Assembly: GCF_037042905.1 (NCBI RefSeq)
Contig: NC_087252.1
Span: forward strand, 8,868,001-8,932,000
Reading direction: 5' to 3'
From: Lytechinus pictus
Taxonomy: Eukaryota
DNA: 64,000 nucleotides
Position numbers and translations under genes: made by a program. The notes below the pieces were generated by a model, which searched no databases, was not told where the DNA came from, and worked only from the letters and a program-made list of their open reading frames with translations. Of the stretch, positions 37,564 through 50,500 are shown piece by piece; the stretch's first letter is position 1; each line of letters begins with the position of its first letter.

Positions 37564-38450
37564 CACGAGTTTGCAATAGAGATAATCTGTCACTATCAAC
37601 TAAATTAACTTTGTCTAATTGTCAAAAAAAAGTATAATAATTACAGGGTAGAATATATCAACCATACTTTTGAAGAATAAATTAGGAGTTGTATTCAGCC
37701 TTCAATAATGTAGTGAATATTCATCATGTCCACGGACCATTTTGCAACAGATCTTGTTGATTACATTCCTCACAAAAAACATGATTTTAACATTTTAGAA
37801 TCACCGGTTCCCAGATAAGAGCATAAAAATCCTGCAGTATGAAAGACAAGTAATGAAAAATCACTGTTTACACATGTGATTACTTCATACATATTTACAC
37901 TTCATTAAATACATTCATAAGCTGTACAGCTAAAAATAGAAATCAACAATAAAAACATATCTTTGTTTCGTCCACATTTGCACATTAAACATAGAGCATC
38001 ATAATAACAAAATATACTTTGTAATTATTAATTTGTGACGTAATGCATCTTCGCGGAATGTCATGTTGAAACCTCGTTTACTTCCTCATTCCACTGTGGA
38101 AAAGGTGGAAAATATTGCTGCAATGTTATTGAATGACTACGATGACGTTGGTGTCGAAGTCTGAATATCCAATCACAATTATATTCTCAAAAAATCCTAA
38201 TTGTTATAACAGAGTCTGTAATTACTCGTCCATGTAACTTTCTTTTGTAAAAAAAAACTTTGGAAGATGTGATGTCACAATATCCAATAACAGCTTAGAT
38301 ATCACCCGATTCCAAATTATCGCTTTAAAACACGAATCGTTGCAGTCGATTTTAAGTGCACTTTGGAAAAGGCATGGTGTCCATTTCACGGAAGGAAACT
38401 GAATAAACATGGCGATACCCATTGTCAATGAAGATAACAAGAATTATTGT

Positions 38451-38528
38451 TCATTCGTCCGGTGTAGAGTTTCCATCGTACGTGTATTCATACAGACGTT
38501 CATCAAAGTCATCGAGGACAAGATAGTT
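38451..38528 (-). CDS. RTK last exon ([25 protein letters not shown])
   Basis: Acceptor tttcctag|, phase 0, TGA at 38451-38453. Confidence 0.8.
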   Translation of the reverse strand, partial: NYLVLDDFDERLYEYTYDGNSTPDE

Positions 38529-41500
38529 CTAGGAAAGAAAGAAAAGGTGAAATTGTGATACGATTAAAAATTAATGGGCAAAAATATCTATGTTTACATA
38601 TAAAACAAACATAATGTGGTAAGAAAAGCGAGTTAAAAACTTTAATCCCTTAAAGAGAATTATAATAACTTCATGTTCATTTTCTGCAGAAGCGATTGAT
38701 AACAACCGCAATGAGAAAAAAAATAAGAAATTACATACGTATAAAATAATTTGCAAATTGTTTCTTTATTATCTTTAAGACTTATGTCCTTTTTCTGAAA
38801 TAACAGTCATCATATTAAAAAGTCAAAACTGAAAAAAAGGAGTAAAATATGAAGAGGGAGATGAGGAGAAGAAAAAAAATTAAAAAAAATCAAGTTGCAG
38901 AAGCAAAACAACTTACCCCGGACTCAATTAATATTGTTTCTAATCGATTTCTTAATTGGTCGAATGTAGGCCTCAATTTATTTTCCTCTCTCCAGCACTC
39001 TAGCATAATAGAGTATCTGCAAAGGGAAAGGATGAAGGAAAGATGGAATCATTTCTCCTTTGTTCGACTATATTTCCTATGACAAATGCTTAAACACAGT
39101 TACGTCGCTGTTTGAAATTACTTCATTACCAAAGATTCATACTTTACAAGTTTTTATGTCATTTAACAAAATTAACTTTAGGTTAAGACTTTCAATGTTT
39201 ACTCCGCCACTGTGGGAAAAGCGCCGCCTACAGTCTCGCTATGCTATGCAGGCGAGGAAAAAGAAATAGGGCCTACTGTAAAGACACTGTATGTAAACCT
39301 TCCTGCAGTAGTGAGGTTTTTTCGTATTACGACGCAGAACCGATCCAAGAACACAGTCAATACAATGAAAACTCCCGTCAGATGATATTCAGATGACAAA
39401 GAGGGGCTTGGAGGTCTTTGTTGAAAACAAGTGAACCGGAAAAGCAGGTTCGTTCAAAGTTTCGAAGCTGACAAAAAATGTCAAATTTGTCGTTTGCCAG
39501 AGTTCAGTTCGAAACCGTCGTTTTGATTCACAAATTTTCGACAACGACTTCTTGGCCACTCTTTGTCATGAAAAGCACTTGACAATATTTTGTATTTGTT
39601 TTAAACGGTTTTGCATAGCGGTGCGAATCCCCAACCCCTACCCCCATTGACTAACCAGGAACGTCACTTGCTTAACTCCTTTTTTACCTGTAATTACTCT
39701 CCTAAAAATGAACATTTTTTGTTACAAAGGAACGTAGAGGGCGTCAACACCTTGCTGACGCCCTCTACGTTCATTTTCCTTCCTTACATGTCTTCACTGC
39801 AATGTTCTGGTCGAGGCATCCTGTAGCCCTTCTGAAGGTCTTTGATCAACTTCTTACTCGGGACTCCAGGATATGGGTAGGATCCTAGTGGGTAAAAAAA
39901 AAGGTTTCTTGTCAGACTTAGCTCTTTGTGAAACACTCCACTCTGAGACTCATAAATGAAATTAAACAAGTACACACATAGTTACTAAGGATATTCACAG
40001 CATTTCCGTTTATTTGAATGTAGCATAAAATAGTTATGTTAATTAAATGCCTTGCTCACGGGCAATAGATGCCGAGGCAGGGGATTGAATTCAAACCCTA
40101 GGCTTACATGTGTCTAGTCGGGCTCCTTAGACCGACCACTCGACCTCGGCACCACTTTATCTAATCTTGATGATTATTTCACTGAATACTCAAAGCATGG
40201 AAAATAGGAGAAAATTGAAGAAAAGGAAAGGGATAAGGGTTAAATATATTATTTAATTCAATTTCAGTTCTTTATTTATTCCATTTCCATTCAAAACATA
40301 ATACAAAGTAATATAAAGTAATACAAATCAGATACAATTTTACAGGCGAGCATTCTTACTTCATTAAAAAACAGTATAATATTGAGCATAAATGTAAATG
40401 AGGGGGGGGGTCCACTAAAAAGCAAAGCTTGTAAAGTGTGGATCCCTTGGAGATGAAGAAAATATACAGGAAAGACAAAAAATGATGTAAACATAATTAC
40501 AGAACAAATGCAAAGCTATTCACACAAAGAGGTCTTCGCTGTGAAGGATATGTTGCGCAATAGACAGAAGCAAAAGCAGAAAGAGAGAGGGAATGACAAG
40601 ACATAGAAGACAAGACAAAACAAGAGACAGGACAGTGTACAAGACAAGATATTTTTTTAAAGGAGGAAAAGTCAGAATGGGAAAGGGCTGACCACAGACC
40701 AGCTTGATCTGGTGAAGTAACAAAAGATGATATAACTGGACAATATAAGATGAAAAAAGATAAAACAATTACAATGAAAAATGTAAGGATGATAATCAAG
40801 ATTATAAAGTGTTAGTATCGTTGCGAAGAATTATAGGAATGAAGGGTAAGTTTGAGTTTACGTTTGAATGAATTTAAAGAGACACTGTCTTTAACATTAT
40901 TAGATGGGGAGTTGCAGAATTAAGAACCGTTGAATAGGAATGTATTTTTGGCCAGTAAAGTTCTGTCAAGTATTTCCTGTATATTCTGCCAAATTATATC
41001 ACAAAGTTGGATTTTTGTAGTAAAAATGTTGAAATCTTTGCTCGCTTGATCGCAACGTCTTATTAATTTTACGCGATACGCCTTACTGAGCCCACTCAAA
41101 AAATTTGTCTCACTACGCCACTGACTCAATGTAAAGAATTTTTTTTTTCATTATTCTGTCACTGATGATAAGTTATATGATAACCTAGATTTTCTAGGAT
41201 CACCACTATCTTAAAAGACAAGTCCACCCCAACAAAAAGTTGATTTTAATAAAAAGAGAACAATCCCAGAAGCATAACACTGAGTATTTCATAAAAATCG
41301 AATGTAAAATAAGAAAGTTATGACATTTAAAATTTAGTTTAATTTCACAAAACAGTTATATGCACATCCTGATCAGTATGCAATGAAGAAACTGATGGTT
41401 TCATCCACTCACTATTTCTTTTGAATTTTATTATATGAAATATTCTAGTTTTCTCCCTCATCATCAAGTGAAGCAACGATTAATTCCTCTCTGAAAATGT

Positions 41501-44500
41501 GGAATTAGTTTTGTTTAATATTATGCGATTCAGTCAAGTTGGTCCTTATTGCTAAATCTATTTAAAAAAATGAAATATTTTATAATTCGAAAAAAACAAA
41601 AACAAAAGTAAATGTGATGGAAATCATCGACTGACTCATTTACGTGTCACTGAGTTTTGCATAACAATATTGATTGAAAAATATGCAAAACTTTAAAATG
41701 CCCAAAAACTTTAAAATGCCCTAACTTTTATATTCTACGTCCGAATTTGATGAAATTTCCAGCCTTATGCTAGTTACATGTTTCTCTATTTATTCAAATC
41801 AACATATATTTTGAGGGTGAACTTGACCTTTAAGAGATCTGCACCGGCTTCCAGTTTGCAAACGAGTATCTTTCACGGTTATGCTAATTGTTTTCAAACT
41901 TAAACCATAGAGCTATTAACAGAAAGGGGTAATTTCCAAACATTTCCCTTTTATAACTTTGTTTTTCACGCATTCCAGGAGTTCGTACAGAGCAGAATAA
42001 AAAAATGCATATGGTTTTTGCCATATATAAGTAGGTATTATATTGTGACTATTACAATTATTATTATCCTTATCATTATTGTAATTATCATCATGGTCGT
42101 CATGGTCATCATCATCATTATTATTGTTTTTATCATCATCGTCATTATTATTGTTATTATTGTTTCTATTAGTATTATTGTTGTTGTTGTTATCGTTATT
42201 ATAACTGTTCAGTTTTGTCATACGAGGCCTCGGTGACACTCACCTATTGTGACTATTTCCCACATAAGAACACCGAACGACCAGACGTCACTCTGAATGG
42301 TATACACGTTATCAAGAAGAGATTCCAATGCCATCCAACGAATAGGAACTCGACCCTGAAACATTAAACAAATCAATAAAAAATAAACAATAAAACGGCA
42401 TCAATAAACTGGTTGGTGTTTTAGTTCGACTGTCCGAAATTATGAGGATCTTAATAGTACTCAGGTTAAACAAGTGGATATAGAAAGCTTTATTTATTTA
42501 TTTCGTTTTGTTTACCCAGGGTAACCCCATCAGTGGACTAAGCACTGTTTTTCTTGGGGGCCCTGCATACAAGTAACAAATACATATATTAACAAGTACA
42601 TACAATGAAAAGGTATTAAACAAGGAAGAAAATATGTTCAAAGAGACAAGCAACCTGCAGGACATACACACAGACATACTGAAATACATGTGTGTATGTA
42701 GAACAAAGATTTAAAGATTCAGATTCAGATTCAGATTTTTTTCCAACAGAAATAACATAAATATTGATACAAATCATTTTCATACATTGTAACAAATATT
42801 TGCGATACAAATCATTGTCATTATAATCATAGTAAAAAACATCCATGATAATTAACATATGAAGATATATACAAAATGTGGTGCATTTCGTAGACAAATT
42901 ATAATATATAATTCAAATAGAAAAAAAGGTATCTGTGGTAAAGGTAAAGAGCAATTAATAAATATTGAATACTAAAGAACAGAATATTTTTTTCCTACCT
43001 GTGTTTTTCTTTGGTAGACACCGCCATTCATGACGTCACGTGCTAACCCGAAATCTGAAAGTTTACAAACGCCATCACGAGACAGTAAAATATTTCGTGC
43101 AGCCAGATCTCTGTGGATACACTGGAAGGTAAAAAGAACAAATAATAACCTGATGAGTGATAACAGAGAAAAACATTGTAACAAATATTGATGAAATTAT
43201 TTATACTAATCATATTATTTAGGCACTGATCATTGGAATTGTGAAACGGTCTCAAAGGGATTAATTTCTAATCTCCTCGTTAATGAGCGCAAATCCAACG
43301 ATTATTTAAGTAAGGGAACCGCAATTTTTGTTTTCTTTATCGTTCAAAGATTGCAACATTTATCATTTTGTTTTCATATTTCACAGCTTTTGATTTTTTT
43401 ATAAAAACATACTGGGACATTATGTGCAGAATTATTGTTTATGATGTATGATCATTATTTTGTGTATGTTATTTTTGCATTCCGTTTAAGGAATATTTCC
43501 TTAAAATAACATTATCGTAGGTTTTTTTTTACCCCAAAATTGTAAAAATATACTCAAATAAAACGAAATGTATAGTATATTTACCATCATCGAGGCGAGA
43601 TATGCCATGCCATTGGCAATCTCGTATGCATATCTTATAAGATCTGTAGGGGAGAGCGTAGTGCGCATGCTCGTTCTGTGCATCTCGAAATCTTCGACTC
43701 GTTGTCTGCTACTGCGCAGGTGCGAAAGTAGGTTGCCGTTTGGCAGGTATTCCATGATTATTAAAGGTGATTCATCTAAATAGGGAAAAAGACAAATCAA
43801 TTTAGGGAAAAAAATAAATTATCGTAGAAAAAAAAATGTTTTAAAAGTTTATTGTAACTAGAAGATGAAACAAGAGTGATTTTTGAGTTTTTTTTTCTTT
43901 TTGGGAGGATTTTTTTTTTTTTTTTTTGGCATACGTTCTTCAGTCTAAATAATTTCAAAGTATTACGCAAAACTTAATCGGCATGAAACCCAAACCCGAT
44001 ATCTCTTTAACTCTTTAACAGAAGATACAGTCAGAAATCGCATAATATAGCCATTGTCCCATTGACTTATCGCACATAAGCAATATAATGATTAAATGAT
44101 TTCCTTACGTTCTTGTCCTGGATTGGGGCACAAATATTAACATATATGATTCATCACAATATGCATATAGTTAATGATATTAGGAATATTACTGAGACCC
44201 ATATTGTGTCACAATTGATCCTCTGGTTGATATTAACAGATGACTGCATTTCTTATGTTCAATCAATCGTACAAAACACATGTCCAATCAATCGCCTAGC
44301 GTTAACAGGTTCCAGGGTAACTCACATCCATCTTTAGTACAGCATCCAAAGAGTGTGACGATGTTGGGATGAGGTTTGAGGAGTTTCATGACCGATAGTT
44401 CTTTCAGTAAATCTTGATGATCCAATCCGGTTGCATCCTCTGTAAAGAAGGGGAACAAAACAGAAATGCTGATTGAAACGAGGGCGTCGTCGCAGGAGGC

Positions 44501-47500
44501 AGGGAGCATCCTCACCCTACCTACTCTTATGTTTTTTGGTTAGTACTGAAGAAAGAAGATTAGAGAAATCTGAAGAGAAAAAAAGAAAATAGAGTGTAAA
44601 AACATGAGGCCTGGAACAGTTGTCTAACTCTATAATATACCCATATATTAATCATAGAAAGTGACGTCATCTTCAGGCTCGTCTAGCCCCCTATCAAACA
44701 TAGCATTTTTTTTTTTACTATTTCGAAACTACAGTAGACCTCGTGAAATAGGAAGAATGGTGTTATACCAGCAGTGATGAAATTTAGGCATAATGACCAT
44801 AAAAGTCCTTTCGCTATTCTTATTTCGCACCAATGCATTCAAGTGTAGAACTACCATACCTTTCAGCATTTTGATGGCGACGACTGTCTTGCAAGCAGGC
44901 TTTATGATCCCTTCCGCGTCCCCTCTGACAACCTTCCCGAAAGAACCAGTCCCGACTACCGCTCCGATCACCAGTCGTTCCCGGGGAAATTCAAACTCCT
45001 TGCCCATGGAGCTCATAGATCCCGAATGGACTCCAGGATCGTAATGCTAAGGAACAAGAACGATTATCTATCATATTCTCTGGATCAAGATAAAGACATC
45101 ATTGTCCATCTCGTTGTCCAAAATTCAGATGCCCCTATTGCGCAAAAAATTGTAATATGTAATACCTTGAAATGAGATAAACAGACTTCTATATCTTCAG
45201 TAGATTACATACAGGATTATCTATTTGTTCATCATCATCATCACCACCGCCACCACCACCACCATCATCATCATCATTACCATCGACTGCCACCATCATT
45301 ATTATCATCATCCTTTCCACTATCTGATTGTCTAAGGCAATTAGACCACGATTTGAAATGCCAAAGAAACATACGGTAGTAATGATTATCTATCACATTT
45401 TCTGGATCAAGATAGATACATAATTGATGCAAAATTAGATTTAAGACAATTCCAAACTTAGAAGCCAATTGTATGATATCGAAATTTTAGGCCGTACTTT
45501 CAAATCACACATTACAACTTTTACCTTTTCTGTAGATAACAAGTTTTATCTTTATTAGTCATCAATATCATAATTATCATCAACATAATCTTCATCATCA
45601 GCATCATCTTTACTATCATAAATTATCAATCATAACTACCATCGCCATCATCGACATAGTCATCGTAGTCATCGTCATCATCTTCTTCTTCATCAGCATC
45701 GTCATCACTATCATCGATCATAACTGTCATCGCCATCATCGACATCATAGTCATCAGCATCACCATCATCATCATCATCATCATGGTCGCTCTTTATCAC
45801 CATCACCAACAGCACATCATTAGTATAATCGCTATCCTTCTCAACATCAGCATGGATCCTATAACACCATCACCGCCATAATTACACCCATTTACGGCAT
45901 GGCCATTATCGTTATCATTAGCGTCAGCATTGTCTGATGTATCATGCCACAGTCACATCCATAAAAACCGACTCCAAACCAATCTCATACGTCATTCAAA
46001 CAAATATACCACATAGCGATAGCTCTGATGGGCCTGATATCGGTTTCTGGGTGTGACTGATACGTTAGACTTACATTCACTACACTGACTGGGCGCATCT
46101 GGATCGATGAAGACTCGCTGTAGATGGATCCACTAAAACGATATAGCTCCTCCTCCATCTCCTTCAATGGGAACAGAACAAGAAAATCAAACGTGAAAAA
46201 AAAACATTAGCAGAAAGGGGTCTTTTTACAATGCCTAATAATAACATAATTTGTCATGTTGGTATAGTTTCTCGGAAATAACGGCCTTTGATATATGAAG
46301 GGAAAGAGCCCCCACCCGATTCATGTCATCTCCTCCAGGACAAGGTAATAAACGTGAGAATTATAAATGGGCTCAAACACATTGCCTCGTAATGTTATTT
46401 TACTTTGTATACTTTGCTTCTCCGAAATGCAAGGTAACAATTCCATGATTATTTGTCTTTCTATATAGGCCTACTATAATAATATCTTGCACACATGCAT
46501 TTGTATATCAACAGACATGAATCGTATGGCTTCATGAAAAACAGGATGTACTTGTATTCAAAATGTCTGATTGCGAGGGATGTTTGCAAAGGAAATAAAT
46601 TTCATTACTAGTTATATTATACACATTACTTTCTTTTCAATTTTTCTAATATTATCATGATTGTCATCACCGTTTACAATTACCATCACGATATTAACAA
46701 CATTATCATAAGTTTCATCCACTTATTACACTTCTATTGCAATTAGTGTTATCATCATCATCGTCATTAGTGTCATTATCTTTATCGTAAACAGCATCAT
46801 CATCATCATTTGGTCCAACACCAGCGCCATCATCAAGGTCCTCTTCCTCCTCCACACATTAGTAGCTCCATGTTTGTACGATTCAAAGCGGTCGGTCATC
46901 AAGGTCTTTGACCTTTGTAATAGGTCCATGGGTCGGTCAAGATACTTACGTCCGGTGGATTTCGCTGACGCCGTTTCTGCCATTTCAACAGTGGCATCGA
47001 TGAAGCGAAGAAGATCAGCAAACCGCCCAGGAACATTGCTAGGATGGCGCCTACGATGATGGGGAATGGGGACATCCCCTTCTTCGTTTTCTTCCCTCCC
47101 TCTGGTAAGGTGGGCAGGGGTGTCGAAGGGTCGAACCGTCCCGGGTTTCTCGCCCGGACTTCCGGATCCACATTGCGTGTTGCAGGGAGATTTACTCCTG
47201 AGGTGCTAGCTAAAAGTCGTTAGAGGGGGGTGGGGTCGTTTTAAACAAAAAAGGGAATTAGATATACAGGTTCATGACAATTTCTAAACAACGAATAAAT
47301 AATACACTTATAAATATTGTCTAAATATGCCTGCAGATCTTCCTTTTTGCTATATACAGTACAAAAGCTGAAATGGAAGCCAAATACTACGCAAACGAGA
47401 TGACATGATTACAATGATTACTACACTTCTTTCTTTTTAATGTTTGTCAATAGAAATAGAAATATAAATATTTTTGTGTAAGGTTGTATAATGATCAAAA

Positions 47501-50500
47501 CCGAAATGAAAACGGATTATATGGTAATGAGGCAAAAAATGGGAGGCTGTGGTTTTTGGTAATATAAACATGATTTTACCAAATAAAATGCTAAAAGAAA
47601 CAAATAACGAATGATTTGTTTTTCCACCGATATATTACTACGTTTAAAGGATAATGATTATAAACAGTTCCTTATCAAACGATACGTTAACATTCCTTTC
47701 TGCAAAAATAAAATTTAAAAAAATCTAAACAAATTTGATCTTAAATAGATTGCGCTTTAACTTTTGTTATGATTACGAACGGGAAGAATTGTGTATCATG
47801 ATACCTGTTATCCACATTGAAAACAAAATCAACCAGTAATTGAAATATTAATTTGTTGTAACTGAAATATACAAATATGTGTACCAGGCATCGGGTATGA
47901 AGCGGGAGCTAGAGGTGACGTCATGATTGATCGTGTAGGCCCGGCCGTTCGAAACGATGTAGGTTCAACGGGAACCTGTTGATCAGACGCTGCAGAAAGA
48001 TTAATGAATACCAGCAATAAACCAACTTTACTCAAAAAAATAAATAAATAAACAGCTAAAGTATAATATTCCGAATACTTTATGTTTTACCCGTCATTCC
48101 CTTATTTATAGCCTACTAGGTCTGTATAATTTATTTACATACTTATGTAGATGTATTAAGTTTTTAATTCCACTTTTTTTCCTTTGAACAACATATGATA
48201 TCAACCAGTTCAATTTTGAATGGCTTCGACGCTTTTCTACTTGAATTAAACTTGAAGTTGACGACGATTTGTTCCGAGCTTTCGGAATCAAGTTTTTCTA
48301 CTCATATATTTGCAATGATAAACATAACAACATAAACCTTTGAGAAAAAAATATATAGCAAAATGGGCAAATAAAAATAAATGGATCGTGACTATAGAAA
48401 TAAACTGAAGCATAATCCATTCTTTTAAATAATGGCAATGGAATAAAGTGAGTAGAAAACATGAATGAGAAGTCGATCTACGCTAGAAATAATTACTAAG
48501 TTAGGGCATCCCTTAGATATGATTACTGAAACTTGTCAAAATTGAAATGGAGATAGAATATGCATTTAATAAATCGAAGAAACAAAGGAAAGAAAAATCA
48601 AAGAGAAACAAGAATCAGAATGAGTAGAAGATTGAAAAAGAAATATACATTCAACTAGTCAGTCCTCTAACGTGTGATTTTCGATGATGCTTGAAATAGT
48701 TAAATAAATTAGATAATGTATGCGTTACACTTTAACACCATCGAAACCTATTACAAACTGATCAAAGCTGCTGCGTTAATGCGATTGTAATTTGTTCCAC
48801 CGGTGTCGTTAGCGTTACTGTGGCATCCCAAGTAAGAACCCCCACCAAAAAAAAAATAATAATAATAATAATAAAATAAAATAAATATAAATATTCAAAA
48901 AAAAAAAAAAAATTGTTGGCATATTGTACATGATCAGTGGAGATATCAGGATCTTTTTTTGGGGGGGGGTGGAGGGCGACCTATATTAAAAAAAGTAATG
49001 CCAAACGACCTGTATGCTTCTTTTGCGCATTTCGTTTCCTTCTCTTCCATTTTCTCCGGCTTTTATTTCACTGTTTTCCCTTTTCTTTTTTCCCACTTCT
49101 TCACGACTTGAAAAAAAAATTGGGAAGCTGCCCCCTGCCCCCCCTACCAGTAGCGTAACCGCTATTATTTAATGTAGTTTACGTTATTAAGAACATTTTA
49201 TAAGTTGTATTTTAATCTTGTAGACTAACATGTATTGTTCTGACAGAAATGTAACTGACTCCTGCTGAAGGCACCTGAAGAAAAGCATTAAAAAAAAACA
49301 AGGCAAAAGCAATTTTGAGTCTCGCCCACTTATGAAAATAACCAGAAATATCGTGATTTGCGAGGGCACGCAACAGAATTGTATCGAAATTTCATTGTGA
49401 AATGACTGGGATGGAATAACACTTGTCATAAGAGCCTTGCACGTAAACTTTAATGTTGACCTGAAAATGACCTTTAACCTAACCATGTGACCTCCGACTG
49501 CAGCATAACATGCAGGTCGCCTAAGTAGATCTACCATCCAAGTTTTGTTGAAAAGTGACTGACGGTTGCGGAGCTAGGTGTCATAAAAGAGTCTTGCATG
49601 TAAACTTTAACGTTGACCTGAAAATGACCTTTAACCTAACCATGTGACCTCCGACTGCAGCATAACATGCAGGTCCCCCCAAGTCCATCTACCATCCAAG
49701 TTTGGTTGAAAAGTTACTAACGGTTGCGGAGTTATGTGTCATAGGAGAGTCTTGCATGTAAACTTTAACGTTGACCTGAAAATGACATTTGACCTTACCA
49801 TGTGACCTCGGACAGCAGCCTAACATGCAGGTCCCCAAGTCCATCTACCATACAAGTTTGGTTGAAAAGTGACTTATGGTTGCGGAGTTAGGTGTCATAA
49901 GAGAGTCTTGCATGTAAACTATAACGTTGACCTGAAAAGGACCTTTGACATTACCATGTGACCTCAAACTGCAGCATAATATGCACGTCTCCCAAGTCCA
50001 TCTACCATCAAAGTTTGGTTGAAAAGTGACTTACGGTTGCGGAGTTATGTGTTATAGGAGAGTCTTGCATGTAAACTTTAACGTTGACCTGAAAATGACC
50101 TTTGACCTTACCATGTGACATCCGACTACAGCATAAGATGCAGGTCCCCCAAGTCCAGTTAGGTGTCATAAGAGAGTCTTGCATGTAAACTTTAACGTTG
50201 ACCTAAAAATGACCTTCTACCTTATTATGTGACCTCCGACTGCAGCATAACATGCAGGTCCCCAAGTCCATGGCATCTACCATCCAAGTTTGGTTGAAAA
50301 GCGACTTACGGTTGCGGAGTTAGGTGTCATAATAGAGTCTTGCATGTAAACTTTAACGTTGACCTGAAAATGACCTTTGACCTTACCATGTGACATCCGA
50401 CTACAGCATAAGATGCAGGTCCCCCAAGTCCAGTTAGGTGTCATAAGAGAGTCTTGCATGTAAACTTTAACGTTGACCTAAAAATGACCTTCTACCTTAT

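Noticed and set aside
41916..42239. Asn/Asp-rich and Ile/Val-rich ORFs
   Set aside because: They come from an (ATT)/(CAT) microsatellite in an RTK intron.
49230..49274. 45-nt phase 1-1 cassette exon of the RTK
   Set aside because: Splice signals are plausible and the frame is kept, but the peptide has no recognisable similarity and the acceptor abuts a repeat; needs RNA data.
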